From assembly GCA_043228905.1 (NCBI GenBank), contig JBHGNT010000017.1, positions 14,632,001 through 14,696,000 on the forward strand: a stretch of DNA of 64,000 bases, given 5' to 3'. The first letter of the stretch is position 1, and every line of letters starts with the position of its first letter. The translations under genes and the position numbers were made by a program. Positions 38,405-51,188 of the stretch are shown one piece after another. Source of the stretch: Azolla caroliniana (Eukaryota; Plantae; Polypodiophyta). A model generated the notes under the pieces. The model was not told the DNA's origin and searched no databases. It worked only from the letters and a program-made list of their open reading frames with translations.

Positions 38405-39034
38405 TCAGCTAATTAGCGGCTTCTTTTATGTTGTTCTATGACCTTAGCTTAATTCTAAACATGATAGCTAATTAGCTACATGGTAGGTAATTAACGACCA
38501 CTCTTGATACTGCTCAATAATGCTACATCTTAGCTAAATAATTATTCTTCTTAACTATGACAGTAGCTAACTAGCTATCACTCTTGATCTTGCTTAGCTA
38601 ATTAGCTGCTAGACTATAGGTTGGTAGTAGCTAATTAGCTACCATTTAGTTAATTAGCTACATCTTTACTAATTAGTTATTCTTCCTAACTATGGTAGTA
38701 GAGAATTAGCTACCACTCTTGATACTGCTTAGCTAATTAGCTACATCTTAGCTAATTAACTATTAGAGTATAGATTGGTAGTAGCTAATTAGCTACATCT
38801 TAGCTAATTAACTATTCTTCTTAACTATGGCAATAGCTAATTAGCTACCACTCTTGATACTGCTTAGCTAATTAGTTGCTGACTTTAGATTGACAGTAGC
38901 TAATTGGCTAGATCGAAGCTAATTAGCTATTCTTCTTAACTATGGCAATAGCTAATTTGCTACCACTTAACTATTCTTCTTAACTATGGCAGTATGGTAG
39001 TAGCTATTAGTTACCACTTAGCTAATTAGCTACA
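38405..39034. repeat. TAGCTAATTAGCTA minisatellite, left half of the split intron
   Basis: Same core, with linkers (ccactcttgatactgct, ttcttcttaactatgg) shared with 54641-55312. Confidence 0.9.
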
Positions 39035-39163
39035 AACATGTTCGCATTCACAAGTGGAAGGATCACGCATAAATGGAAGGATAAGGAATATTTTGATTGA
39101 TTTTTGTACTTTTTCAATGATTTTACAAAACATGTTGATACCGGTATCATACATGTTCTAATA

Positions 39164-39808
39164 TGTTAGGAAACAGGTCCCTCCGGATGGGAAATGAGAA
39201 GAACAGTGCTGATGAGCAAACTCGGCCGAGGCCAATAGGTCGAGGCCGAAACCGGATGTACGGCTACCCGGCTATGGAAGACCTGGTGAGAACCGGATGA
39301 CATGGGCCAGAAAGCGTCAGATGATGCAGGCCCGATGAGGAGTGCTCACTGGATGAAGGGACATATTCGTAAATATGTTCCTGAGAGTCCATCGGGGCTA
39401 TATTTGTAAATAGCCGAAAAGTCATATTAGTATAAATATGACTTAGGGCAAACTTTATGTTAGTAGTGTTGTTGTCATTCTTGTTGGTGCAAGAATAGAG
39501 AGCGCGTAACAGTGTACAGAGAGAGAGAGAGCGAGGAAGAGGTCGCTGCCTCTGTTGTAACCGCCGCCTGTGGCGAAGATAGAAAGCTTGAGGTTGTTGC
39601 CTCGGTGCTTTACTGTTGTACATTGTAACATAGTGATAGTTTGCAGCCTGTGGGCTGCCGTGGTTTTTCCCTAGTTTGGGTTTTCCACGCAAACATCCTG
39701 TGTACCCTTCTCTCCTTTGTGTCATGTTTTCATTTCCCGTTTTTTGTGTATGATTCTAAGCTCGGTTGTGGCCGAGCGTTGCACATAAGGAGCGTGCAGT
39801 TCCTGTCA
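39164..39808 (+). mobile_element. Solo LTR of the Tork/TAR-like family
   Basis: Homologous to 11111-11874; TSD TAATA. Confidence 0.93.
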
Positions 39809-40085
39809 TAATATACTATGAAAAAGGTTAAAAATCCACTATTTTCGTGATTTAGAAATAAAGAAAGAAAGAGGAATTTCAAAAAGTTACATTCTCAATT
39901 TATATCGCAAACTTTACAACCAATGTTATTTTATAAGAAATGATTTTTTAGAAATCACAAGAATTCAAAACACATGCTTTTATATTACTCAATTTGTTAC
40001 AAGTGGAATGTAGTTACACTTAATAGCCAAAAATACATTCATGATCACTCCTTTACAAAGAATCACTACTATAACTAATATACAA

Positions 40086-42836
40086 TTACAATTCCTCCTC
40101 GTCATCCTCGGATGTACCAATCAATGCATTATCTTTTTCATAAACCAAATGGTTTGACTCTAGATTATATGTAGCAGATCTCGTTTGCTTTCGACTCGAG
40201 CCACCTTGTAGACCTAGTAATTTTCTTTTATTATATCTATTGTTGACTTCCTTAATCGTCCGGTTTTTGTAAGCGTGAAGTCGTACATGATGATATCCAC
40301 ATCAAAGATATCAAGGGTCGAGGTGTTACGAATGTTTCGCTTCCTCTTCCTACCTCCCCTTGTCGTTGGGCATTCAATCATCTCCAATGTATACTTACCC
40401 GTAAAAGCATTTGCACTTCTAATGTTGTACCAATGAACGTTTATAGACTTCATCATGTTTTCTATTTCATGCATTAGCACTTCTAGAATTTTACCAACCA
40501 AAAATTGGTGGCCATGTGAGTTCTCATCAGCAGGTGTTGCAATCAACATCCCCACCGCGAGCTCTTGCAAATTGCCTTGCCATCTAGCTTCAGCTGCTTT
40601 GGTCATCCTTAGTCCCACGTAAATGTCTCTTTGTTATGGATGGACCAAACTGTCATTAATCGCATTTATTGGTTGCTCCAGAGTTTTATTTACATGATCA
40701 TGTTGTAGCGACCATGTGAATAACGTTTCCAAATTCCAATTATCACCAAATACACAATTGTCTATAATTCCTTTCTAATCACTAAAAAATACATCCCACC
40801 ATGACGTGTCTTGTTGTGCAGCATATTTCTTTGCAGCCTCAATATGCTTTCTTTTTTCTTCTAAGGCTTGGAGCCATAATTGTTTTTGTTTCGATACCAA
40901 GTCACTATGCAACTATCCTTTCTTCTCAATCGGCATTTGTTTAGCTCCATGGACAATTGTACTCGGCATACAAAGTAATAATCGGTAACCACCTTCATGT
41001 TCCCATGTTGTAGAAGATGAATATTGTTTAGCATACAAAAGCGTAGAACCACTTATTTCATTTTTCTTTATCATAAAAATGTGATTGAAGCTTATATTGT
41101 TTAACTCGGCGAACACTTTAACATTCCCAACACCCCCATCTGATATATATCTCTTAAAGTCATATACGTCCTTCAAGTGTAACACTTTTGGGCATGGTGT
41201 ATATGCATCACAAATGACATCAAATAGTTTTGGTAATATGAAAGCATCATGCCGAGACAACTGTCTAGAGAATGTGCTAAACATCTTATCTATATGATCA
41301 TGTGTGTGGCCAACCAAAAGAAAATTGACTTTCACTTTTCTAAACAATCCTTGGTTGACCAACATACTTAGATAGCCAAACATAGTTGCATTTTTGTTCT
41401 CACTAGCAGTATTGTCCAATTGAATGTATAGAACATGGGGAACGGTTGGCCCCAAGACATCAAAACTCGGTGAATCATTGTAACTGTTAGGTTAGGGTCA
41501 TTGTGAACATTGGGGCATGTAATGAAGACGTGAGGTCCAACAAACCTATTATAAGCCAAGCATCCCACCAAGTGCATTTGAACAAGGCACTCATCATTGA
41601 TGTCTTTGGGGAGCCTCCGCATATGCGGCTAGCACGTCTTCTTCTGGTCCATGCCATCTATCATTAAGCACATGTATTGTTCGGGCCTCTTCAAACACTT
41701 CTCTCTATGATGCATCGCCTTCTTTCATTCTAACGATTGTGCCTCACGATGCTCCTGTAGTAACTTCTTACTCATATCCTTTTCCATTGATGTATTTGCA
41801 CCTTTAGCCAAACTTTTAAGATTTGCACCAATGGAGCAATACCCCATGCGTACTTTACGCGGAATGATAACATTTGAAAACCGAGCTCTCCATAATCTGG
41901 TGAATTGGCTATATGTGACAGATTTATTACTTGAGCCCACCATATCTTATCGATAGACATCATAAACTTCCCGGCATGTGTAATTATCAGAGAGGTGCAT
42001 CTTACTTGTAGTGGACATTAGTTCACAATTTAACTAAAAGTAACTTTTCATCCAACCAATAACATGTCTTCCAATTGCACCTTTCATACTTGGAACCTCT
42101 TTACAATTGAGCATCTAATCCCACTAAGTAGACGTTGGTGTACTCTATGTAGCCGCATGTTACTAACACATAACACAATTTTGAAGGCAACTCCACAGAT
42201 CTGTTGCGCATGGAAGATATAATACTCAAATAGTACTTTGATCCCCGTACATTTGTCAAACACTAGTTGCATATGTGACCCGAGGTAAGTGTCTTGCTCA
42301 TCACCAGTCATCGAAAAATAGTATTGCCTTAATTCTCGCAACTTTGATTTTCCAATCATAAACATACAACCACGGGCACAACATATTTTGTTGACATAAA
42401 ATCCAATTTACTTATCTGATGTCACCAAGTTAAATCTGGCCAGACGAATTCTACGTGGGATTCTTCTAATATGCATAGGGCTTCCAGATTTCTCTTCCTA
42501 CATAGAAGTTGGGGTAACCTTGTTACAATCCAAGTCTTTGTTGTCACCATCGCCCATGATATTCGATATTTCATTGGTGCTACCTTCATTCTCCGTATCT
42601 TTATTAATACCATATTCTTCAATAGAGAACTCTTCAAGTGTGTAATTATTCACATGTGTTGTAGGTGAAGATGAGCTCAGACAATACTCTTTGATAGAAA
42701 TGGGTGAGTCTGTCGACAGACAATATTCTTCGATAGAAAATGGTGAGTCTGTCGATAGACAATACTCTTCGGTAGAAAACGAAGAGTCTAATGGCAAACA
42801 ATATTCTTCAATCGAGAATGGTGAGTCTTCACTCAT
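40086..42836 (-). pseudogene. Sola1/DUF7869-like DDE transposase, decayed
   Basis: MCLMIDGMDQ, LYIQLDNTASENKN, VNFLLVGHTHDHIDKMFS; N-terminal 13-aa repeats; several stops and frameshifts; ends GTSEDDEEEL*. Confidence 0.85.
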
Positions 42837-43754
42837 GGCTTAAGGTCCACACAGAGCTCTTCAAGTTATGTGCTTGGGCTAATATAAAAAATGATCAGCT
42901 CCTCTCTAAACATAAGCTCCCTCAATATAATGTCTATATTATTTAATATTATATTAATACAATAAATAAAGATTTTTTTTTTAATATAATAAATTTATTC
43001 AACATATTAATAATTACTTAAACTAGTAAGTATAAAGTCGAATCAATTATATTTTATACCTTATTAATCCTATAATATATAATTTAAATTAAATTTACTT
43101 TAGGCATCAAGTATAATATATTTACAATCATTACCAAGCCATATATATGTTGGTTTAAAGTTAAAATCATTGGTTAATTAAGGGCACCCATATTTAATAT
43201 AGAACATTAGAGAATCATAAAAATGTTGCTTTGAGTATTAAATCATTGGTTCATTCATGAACCTCTATCATTGTTTTATTAATGACCTTCAAAGGCAATC
43301 AAAAATATAAAATAAACATTAATATATTCGTTTGAGTATTTAATCATTGATTCATTCATAAGCATCATTTACTTAAAATCCATTAGAGAGTCATTAGTAC
43401 ATTCAAGATTATGTACTAGATAAAGTGTACTAAGGTCTAAGAAAAAAGTTTCCTAAGGTCAAAGAAACTCTCTCTTAGGTCTAACTAACTAACCTTAAGC
43501 TTATCAACCATGGTTAAAGTAATTGTGGTTACTTTAACCACAATCGTCAATCCCTAAAAAAAGGAAGACCCCCTCATTTCTCAATCATTCACGCGCAAAA
43601 TAGAGCACACAAGCACACACAACCTAGAGCACGCACCACCAAATCTTCATCTCCCCGTTAGCATCGACGACGAGAATCATGTCTTCTAAGAAGAGCGAGC
43701 GCCAAGATTCTAGGTAAGCGCCTGGCTCTACAGACATTTTTGTAAATATATTTT

Positions 43755-44133
43755 TAGCACTCAAGAACTCGATACAGGGCATCGAGTTCATGTTTAAAAC
43801 ACAAACTTTAAATAGGAACTCGATACACCATATCGGGTTCCTATTTAAAGTTTGTGTTTTATACAGGAACTCAATACGGCATATCAAATTCTTGTTTAAA
43901 TCCCCCACTTTATACAGGAACTCAATACGGCGTATCGAGTTCCGGTTTAAAGTTTATGTTTTATAGTTTAGCACTCAAGAACTCGATACAGGGTATCGAG
44001 TTCCTATATAAAACGCAAACTTTAAACAGGAACTCGATACAGCGTATCGAGTTCTTGTTTAAAGTTTGTGTTTTAAACATGAACTCGATACCCTGTATCG
44101 AGCTCCTGAATAAAACACAAACTTTAAACAGGA
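43755..44133. repeat. Array of 7 palindromes GAACTCGATAC-N3-GTATCGAGTTC with a 51-bp period, in intron 1
   Basis: Starts at 43765, 43816, 43867, 43918, 43979, 44030 and 44081; the linker AAAACACAAACTTTAAA occurs in both orientations. Confidence 0.92.
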
Positions 44134-45543
44134 ATATTGTGTCTTTGGGGGAACGCATTGATATATGTGTGAAAAGATACCAAATTTATGTCCAATTCAG
44201 ACTTTTTTAGTGACATTTGCTACATTTTGTAACATTTAGCGCCCTTATTGAAACAAGTTTTATGACCTATAATAGCTTAAAATAATAGAAAATAACACAC
44301 GAATTACCTTTATGATACCAAATTCAAATCTATTGTATTAAAATTCTCAACAATATGGGATATGGAATCAATAGAAACCATATCTACCCTCCAATATGAT
44401 ACATATCCTTGTAAAATTATTAAGATATATAATATTCGAAGTTGAATAACCCTGACTAGATTTAATAGCACAATAAAGGTCTATCATGTTCACAGATAGT
44501 ATGATTGATATTTAGAGTTTAGCACAAATCGTTTGCTAGTTTTTGTCTTGGTCTGCTTATGTATATTTTAATAGGCAACCTTAATCTAGGGAACCAACTA
44601 ACTTATATTTTCGCACGTCCTTTCTTAAATAGGTCATTTGAGAACTTGTCGGACCAACTTGTAAAGAAAATAAAGCTCCGAATTCAGGGCTCTCCATTTG
44701 AGACCTAGAAACAAATAGCTCCTCAGAACATGAAGAGAGGAAAAAAACTTCTCTTCAACGAGGAGACAAAATGTCAACTATCAAATGGAATTAGCCAAAA
44801 GGAAATGTTAGCTGCTACTGGTGGTGATAACCTTCCTGACCATGATCTAACGGATCAGGAATGGTGTATGCACTACGTCGATTCCAAGAAAAAAGTCGTG
44901 ATGTATACGGCAAAGAAGAAGGGCGACAGTCTGCTTGAAAATGACAGCGCATTTATGTATGGTCGTATTTTACGATTTGACTACGAAGATTTAGATTCAG
45001 TCAACATTCTTGTAATGGTAGAGTGCTCGAAGGGGGTACGTAAAGTGTACCTTTCTGAAGATCGACTAGTAAAGGAATCTTGTGGGCCAGAATCGTTTAA
45101 AAAAGATCTACAAAGCTCACAAAACCTTATTGTCACCTTAAGGCCTTATATACAAGGCCATGTAACTCTAAGGCAGGCCTTTCCCTCCCTGGTGAAGGCC
45201 CCAAAAAGGGCATCTAAAGTGCAATGAAGACCAGCAAAAAAGAAGACCACTAAAATGTCAAACTCCGACTCATCAAGCTAAACCGAAGATGAGGACACTA
45301 GGGGAACACAAGGTGCTGTCGCGGCATCTGGTGTGTTGTCATCCGAGCAGAATAAGGTACGAAGAGAGTTAATGCAACGCAAACTAGAGAGAAAAGGGCA
45401 AGTGTTTAATTTGCCTATAACACACATCCATCGGCCCCCAGTAGATGTAAAACCAGGATGAAGACCACTTGAGATCAAAGAGCCACACCGAATGTCTGTT
45501 CAAAATCTCAAGAAAAAAAGGAAAATAAATTTGCATGCTACAA

Positions 45544-48500
45544 TGTAGAGAAAAGCGCGGAATTTTGCTCGGCCACAACCGAGTCTTGAACACATCACTT
45601 GGAATGAAGAACACATAAATGTGAAATGGAGAGTTCAAACGGGAATACACAGGATGTTTACGTGGAAAACCCTGAATTGGAAAAATTACGGGAGCCCACA
45701 GACTCCAACTATCACTATGAAGAAAAGAGGGCAACGAGATCCAACAATCAGAGACTCGAAGGGCAACGACCTCGAGCTCTGTTTCTTCACCAACCGACGG
45801 TTACAATAGAGTATTTCTGTGTATCTCACAGTGTCTCACTCTCTCTCGCTCTCTGTATACAACAGTTATGCACATACAACAATATGACAACAACTACTTT
45901 ACACACACTAAAGTGATTGCCCTAAGTCATATTTTTACTTATATGAACTTAGGGCTATTTACAAATATAGCCCCAATAGGCTTGCTCAAGAAATATTTAC
46001 GAATATGTCTCTCTTCAGGTTCTCACTGGGTCCTCTTCATTCATCACCGGGTTCCATTCAGAGGGACCGATTTCCCAACAATCTCCCCCTTCACTCTGAC
46101 ATGGGATGTCTTGTCAGCCCGATCCACTTTCGGCATGCGTCCAACTTGTCGGTTGTCAAGACCTTCGTCAGCATATCCGACCCGTTCTCCTCCATGTGGA
46201 TCTTCGGCAACATGAACTCTTGATCTTCTACTATCTCCCGGATCCAGTGGTACCTCCGCTAGATATGTTTTGTCCGGGAATGGTACGCCGCCTTCTTTGT
46301 AAGGTGGATGACACTTTGACTGTTGCAGTAGAGCCGGTATTCCTCCTGTTGGATTCCTAGCTCTCCGATGAAGTCCTTCATCCAAATTATCTCCTTGCTA
46401 GCTTCTACAACTACCATGTACTCTGCCTTCGTGGTTAACAATGCAACCATCTTCTGCAGCCTCGATTGCCACGAAACAACTCCCCCTGCATAGGTCATGA
46501 CATATCTAGATGTCGACCAGTTAGTATCTGCAACCTACATATCCGAATCCGTGAAACCATCGAGTTGGGGTTTTCTAGAGCCAAACCAGAGGCACATACT
46601 CGAGGTGCCTTTGAAATACCAGAGTATCCACTTGACCGCGTTCCAGTGCTCTCTTCCGGGATTGCTCATGAACAGGCTCACCACTCCGACTGCATATCCG
46701 ATATCCGGTCGGGTACATACCATCGCATACATCAAGCTTCTGACGGCAAAGGCATATGGTATCTTCATCATATCCGTCTTCTCCGCCTTTGTACTCGGAC
46801 TTTGTTTTCCGGATAGCTTGCAATTTGCCGGAAGTGTCCAGCCGACCGGTTTCGCCTCCAACATGTTGAACCGTTGCAACACCTTTGTCACGTACTTCTC
46901 TTGTGACAACCACAATAGCTTCTTCGTCCAATCCCAGATGATGTGCATTCCCAAGATCTGTCTTGCCGGCCCCAAGTCTTTCATTGAGAAGGTCTGGTTC
47001 AGAGCCTTCTTAAGCATCCGAATCTTGGCTTGGTCTCGTCCGACGATCAACAAATCATCCACATATAGGAGGAGTATCAGGAAATCTCCTCCATCAAATT
47101 TCTTCACAAGCACGCAGTGATCGGCCTGGGTCTTGTGGTACCCTTGGTCGGTCATGAAGGAGTCGGGGAGCTTGCTTCAGTCCGTATAGGTTCTTCTTCA
47201 GCCGGCACACCAGGTGCTCCTTCCCTTTCTTCTCAAATCCTTCCGGTTCAAGCATGTAAATCTCTTCTTCGAGGTCACCATGGAGGAATGTCGTCTTGAC
47301 GTCCAATTGCTCTACCTCAAGGTCCATGCTTGCCGCTTTGCCCAATACTGTCCGGATGGATGTCATCTTTACTACCGGGGCAAAGATCTCATCGAGGTCC
47401 ACTCCTTTCTTCTGCTGGAAGCCCTTCACCACGATTCAAGCCTTATACCTTTCTGGATTTCCGGCATCTCCCGACTTCAGCTTGTACACCCACTTGTTCC
47501 GGAGTGCTCTTTTCCCTTTCGGCAACTCTGTCAGTTCATATGTGTGGTTCTCATGGAGAGAATCCATCTTGTCTTGCATGGCACTCAACCACTTGCGGTT
47601 CTGGGTCTCTCTCTTTGCTTCTTCGAAGCTTTCCGACGCCCCCTCATCGGTTAACAACACATGCTCTGCATCCGGAAATCTCCGAGGGGGCTCTTCTCTC
47701 ACGGAGAGGATATCTCCGTTCTTGGTTTCTGACTACCGGTTCCTCCATCTGTTCCGAATCCGAATCCGATTCGGGATCTTGTCTGGTTCTGGTGTCTTGT
47801 TCTTCTTCTTCTTCTTCTTCTTCAGTCAGTTTGGTTTCTTGTCTGGATCTGGCCAGTTCGTCGAGTGTCATCCAGTTACCGGCTAACATCCGGTTTTCAT
47901 GGGGTGATCCGGAATTTATAATCTTCTTCTCTGACTCCCAGTCGGCAATGGTCCTATCTTCCATGAAGACTATGTCCCGACTTCGGAACACCTTTTTGTT
48001 GACTAGATCCCACACCCGGTAACCGAACTCATCATCACCGTATCCAAGGAATATACATGGGCTTGACTTCGGATCCAGCTTTCCTCTCTTGTCCTTTGCA
48101 ACATGCACATATGCGAGACACCCGAACACCTTCAAATGCCGGTAAGATACATCTTTACCGGTCCATAATTTCTAAGGGGAGTCTCCTTCGAAGGGTGTTG
48201 AGAGTGATCTATTTATCACATAGGTCGTCGTCGCCAGCGCATCAGCCCAAAACGTCTTGGGTAACTTTGCATGTGCTACCATGCTCTGGACTCTCTCCAT
48301 TATGGTCCGGTTCATCCTTTTGGCCAGCCCGTTTAGTTCTGGCATCTTCGGCACGGTGAATTCGAGCCGGATTCCCTTCAACCGGAGGTACTCCTCAAAA
48401 TTCCCCTGGTATTCTCTTTCAACTTCCGGACGGTTTCTCTTTCCACTCTCGCGTGGATTTCCTTGAAGATAGATAGCACTTGATCCGTCGTCTTCAATGG

Positions 48501-50349
48501 TGAGACCCACAGCTTCCGGTTGTGGTCATCTATGAACGTAACGAAGTACTGCGATCCGGCATGTGACTTTGTGTCCAATTGACACACATCGGTATGCACC
48601 AGCTCCAGTGGTGCATTCCGTCTCATTGGTGGTCTTGACCGAAAGGAGGTTCGGTTTTGCTTGCCGGCCAAGCAATCAATGCACTTCTGTGGTTGCACTT
48701 CCTTTACCGGAATGAGGTCTTCTTCGGCAAGCCTCTTCATCCCCTTCTCACTCATGTGACATGGTCTTTTGTGCCACAGCTCACTGGTAGTGTCAGATGC
48801 TACATTCACTTCTTCGCGGCATATCCGGGCATGCATGAAGTACAGTGTGTTGACCTTCCAGGCTCGAGACACTATTAGGCTCCCTTTGCTGAACTTCATC
48901 ACTCCGTTCAGGATGCTAGCCAACCGACAAATATCAGGTTCAATTGAACCTCCGGAATGTGTCCGACATCCTTCAACAGCAACTTGTATTCGATTGATGT
49001 CGTCAACAACACATTTCCTATGCCGATAGTTCGGCATGTACCTTCATTCCCTATCCGGACACAACCATGATCACCGGCTGTGTAGGATGAGAAGCATTTG
49101 CGATCCGGAGTCAGGTGGAACGATGCTCCGGAATCGACAACCCACATTGTCTCGTCGCCGACAAGGTTTAACTCATTCTCTTCGGTAATGAGCATTAGTT
49201 CTTCTTCACCTATCGCGATTGTCGACATTCCCTTCCGATCCGGACCTCTCTGGTCTAAACCGTTCCGGTCCGAACTCTTCTTTTAATCGGTAGTGCCAGT
49301 TTCTTTCTCCTTCCGGAAATGCCGACAGTTCTTCTAGAAATATCCCGACTTCCCGCAATAGAAGCACATGGGCCTCCCCCTTGACTTTGACCTTGTCCAC
49401 GATTTGTCCCGGTTTTGGGAACTCCGATACCGGCCTCTTCCCGGTTATGGTCATCCTCTGTGACCAAAGCCTTTAGATCGATTCTGGACTCCCGATCCTT
49501 CCGGCGAGCTTCTTCATCTAGCAAGCTTGATTTTACCCTTGCTAGGGACAATTGTTTTCCTTCTGACCTAGCGTTGCCAAACGTGACAACTAACGTCTCC
49601 CAACTATCTGGAAGGGAACCGAGCAGGAGCAATGCAAGTACCTCATTGGCGAGAGGTACTTCCAAAGAGGTTGCCTGGTGGATCAGTCCTTGGAAGGCAT
49701 TCATGTGCTCCGCCATACTAGAGTCGTCTTGGTACCGAAGCCTCACTAGCTTCCGAAACACCGAAACCCGATTCACGACATTCTTGTTCTGGAACATGAT
49801 GTCGATCTTCTCCCACAGTTCATGAGCCTTGCTCTCTTCATTGAAGTTGTTGTACAGGCTCATGTCGATGAAGCACCGGATGTATGTTGTCGTCTTCATG
49901 TGCATCATCTCCCACACTGTGGCGTCAATCTTATCCGGTCTCTTCTCCCTAAACTGAACCGGCAACCAAATATCTTTGACCACCAACATATTCCTCATCT
50001 TCGACTTCCACACTGAGTAGTTGGGGCCGGTGAGCTTGAACATGCCGTCGAACGATTCTTCCATTTCCCGTGGTGTTTGCTCTGATACAAGTTTGTAGAG
50101 AAAAGCTCGGAATTTTGCCCAGCCACAACCGAGTCTTGAACAGTTCACTTGGAATGAAGAACATAGAAATGGGAAATGGAGAGTACAAACGGGAATACAC
50201 AGGATGTTTACGTGGAAAACCCTGAATTGGAAAAACCACGGGAGCCCACAGACTCCAAATATCACTATGAAGAAAAGAGGGTACAATCAAAGACTCGGAG
50301 GCAACGACCTCGAGCTCTGTTTCTTCACCAAACGGTGGTTACAACAGAG

Positions 50350-50404
<55 letters not shown>

Positions 50405-50626
50405 ACAACCGTTATGCACATACAACAATATGACAACAACTACTTTACACACACTAAAGTGATTACCCTAACTTATATTTATACTTATATGAACTTAGGG
50501 CAATTTATAAATATAGCCTCAATAGGCTTGCTCAAGACATATTTACGAATATGTCTCTCTTCCAGTTCTCACCGGGTCCTCTTCGTTCATCACCGGGTCC
50601 CATTCGAAGGGACCGATTTCCCAACA
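45544..50626 (-). mobile_element. Ty1/copia (Tork/TAR-like), full length and decayed, without a matching TSD
   Basis: LTRs 45544-46080 and 50094-50626; PBS ~50079-50090; PPT 46083-46093; flanks TACAA vs TTTAT. Confidence 0.93.
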
Positions 50627-51188
50627 TTTATGTATGGCCGTATTTTATGATTTGACTACGAAGATTTAGATTCAGTCAACAGTCTTGTAATGATACCTTT
50701 CTGAAGATCGACTAGTAAAGGAATCTTATGGGCCAAAACCTTTTAAAAAGGATCTACAAAGCTCACAAAACCTTATTGTCACCTTGAGGCCTTATATACA
50801 AGCCCATGTAACTCTAAGGCAGCCCTTTCCCTCCCCTGTGAAGGCCCCAAAAAGGGCATCTAAAGTGCAATGAAGACCAGCAAAAAAGAAGACCACTAAA
50901 ATATCAGACTTCGACTCATCAAGCTTAACCGAAGATGAGGACACTAGGGGGACGCCAGGTGCTGAGCTGGCATCTAGTGTGTTGTCATCTGAGCAGAATA
51001 AGATACGAAGAGAGTTAATGCAGCGCAAACTAGTGAGAAAAGGGCAAGTGTTTAATTTGCCTATAACACACATCCATCGGCCCCTAGTAGATGTAAAAAC
51101 AGGACGAAGACCACTTCATATCAGCGAGCCACACTGAATGCATGTTTAGAATGTCAAGAAAAAAATGAAAATAAATCTGCATGCTACA
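50627..51188 (+). repeat. Diverged duplicate of 44952-45543
   Basis: Restarts at tttatgtatgg...gactacgaagat; has a ~30-bp deletion and many transitions relative to the first copy. Confidence 0.92.

Noticed and set aside
43755-44133. CRISPR-like palindromic repeat-spacer appearance
   Set aside because: Spacers are themselves repeated or inverted copies, there are no cas genes, and the array sits in a spliceosomal intron.
50354-50400. (CT)n microsatellite, also (TA)n at 62742-62771
   Set aside because: Ordinary LTR-internal microsatellites.
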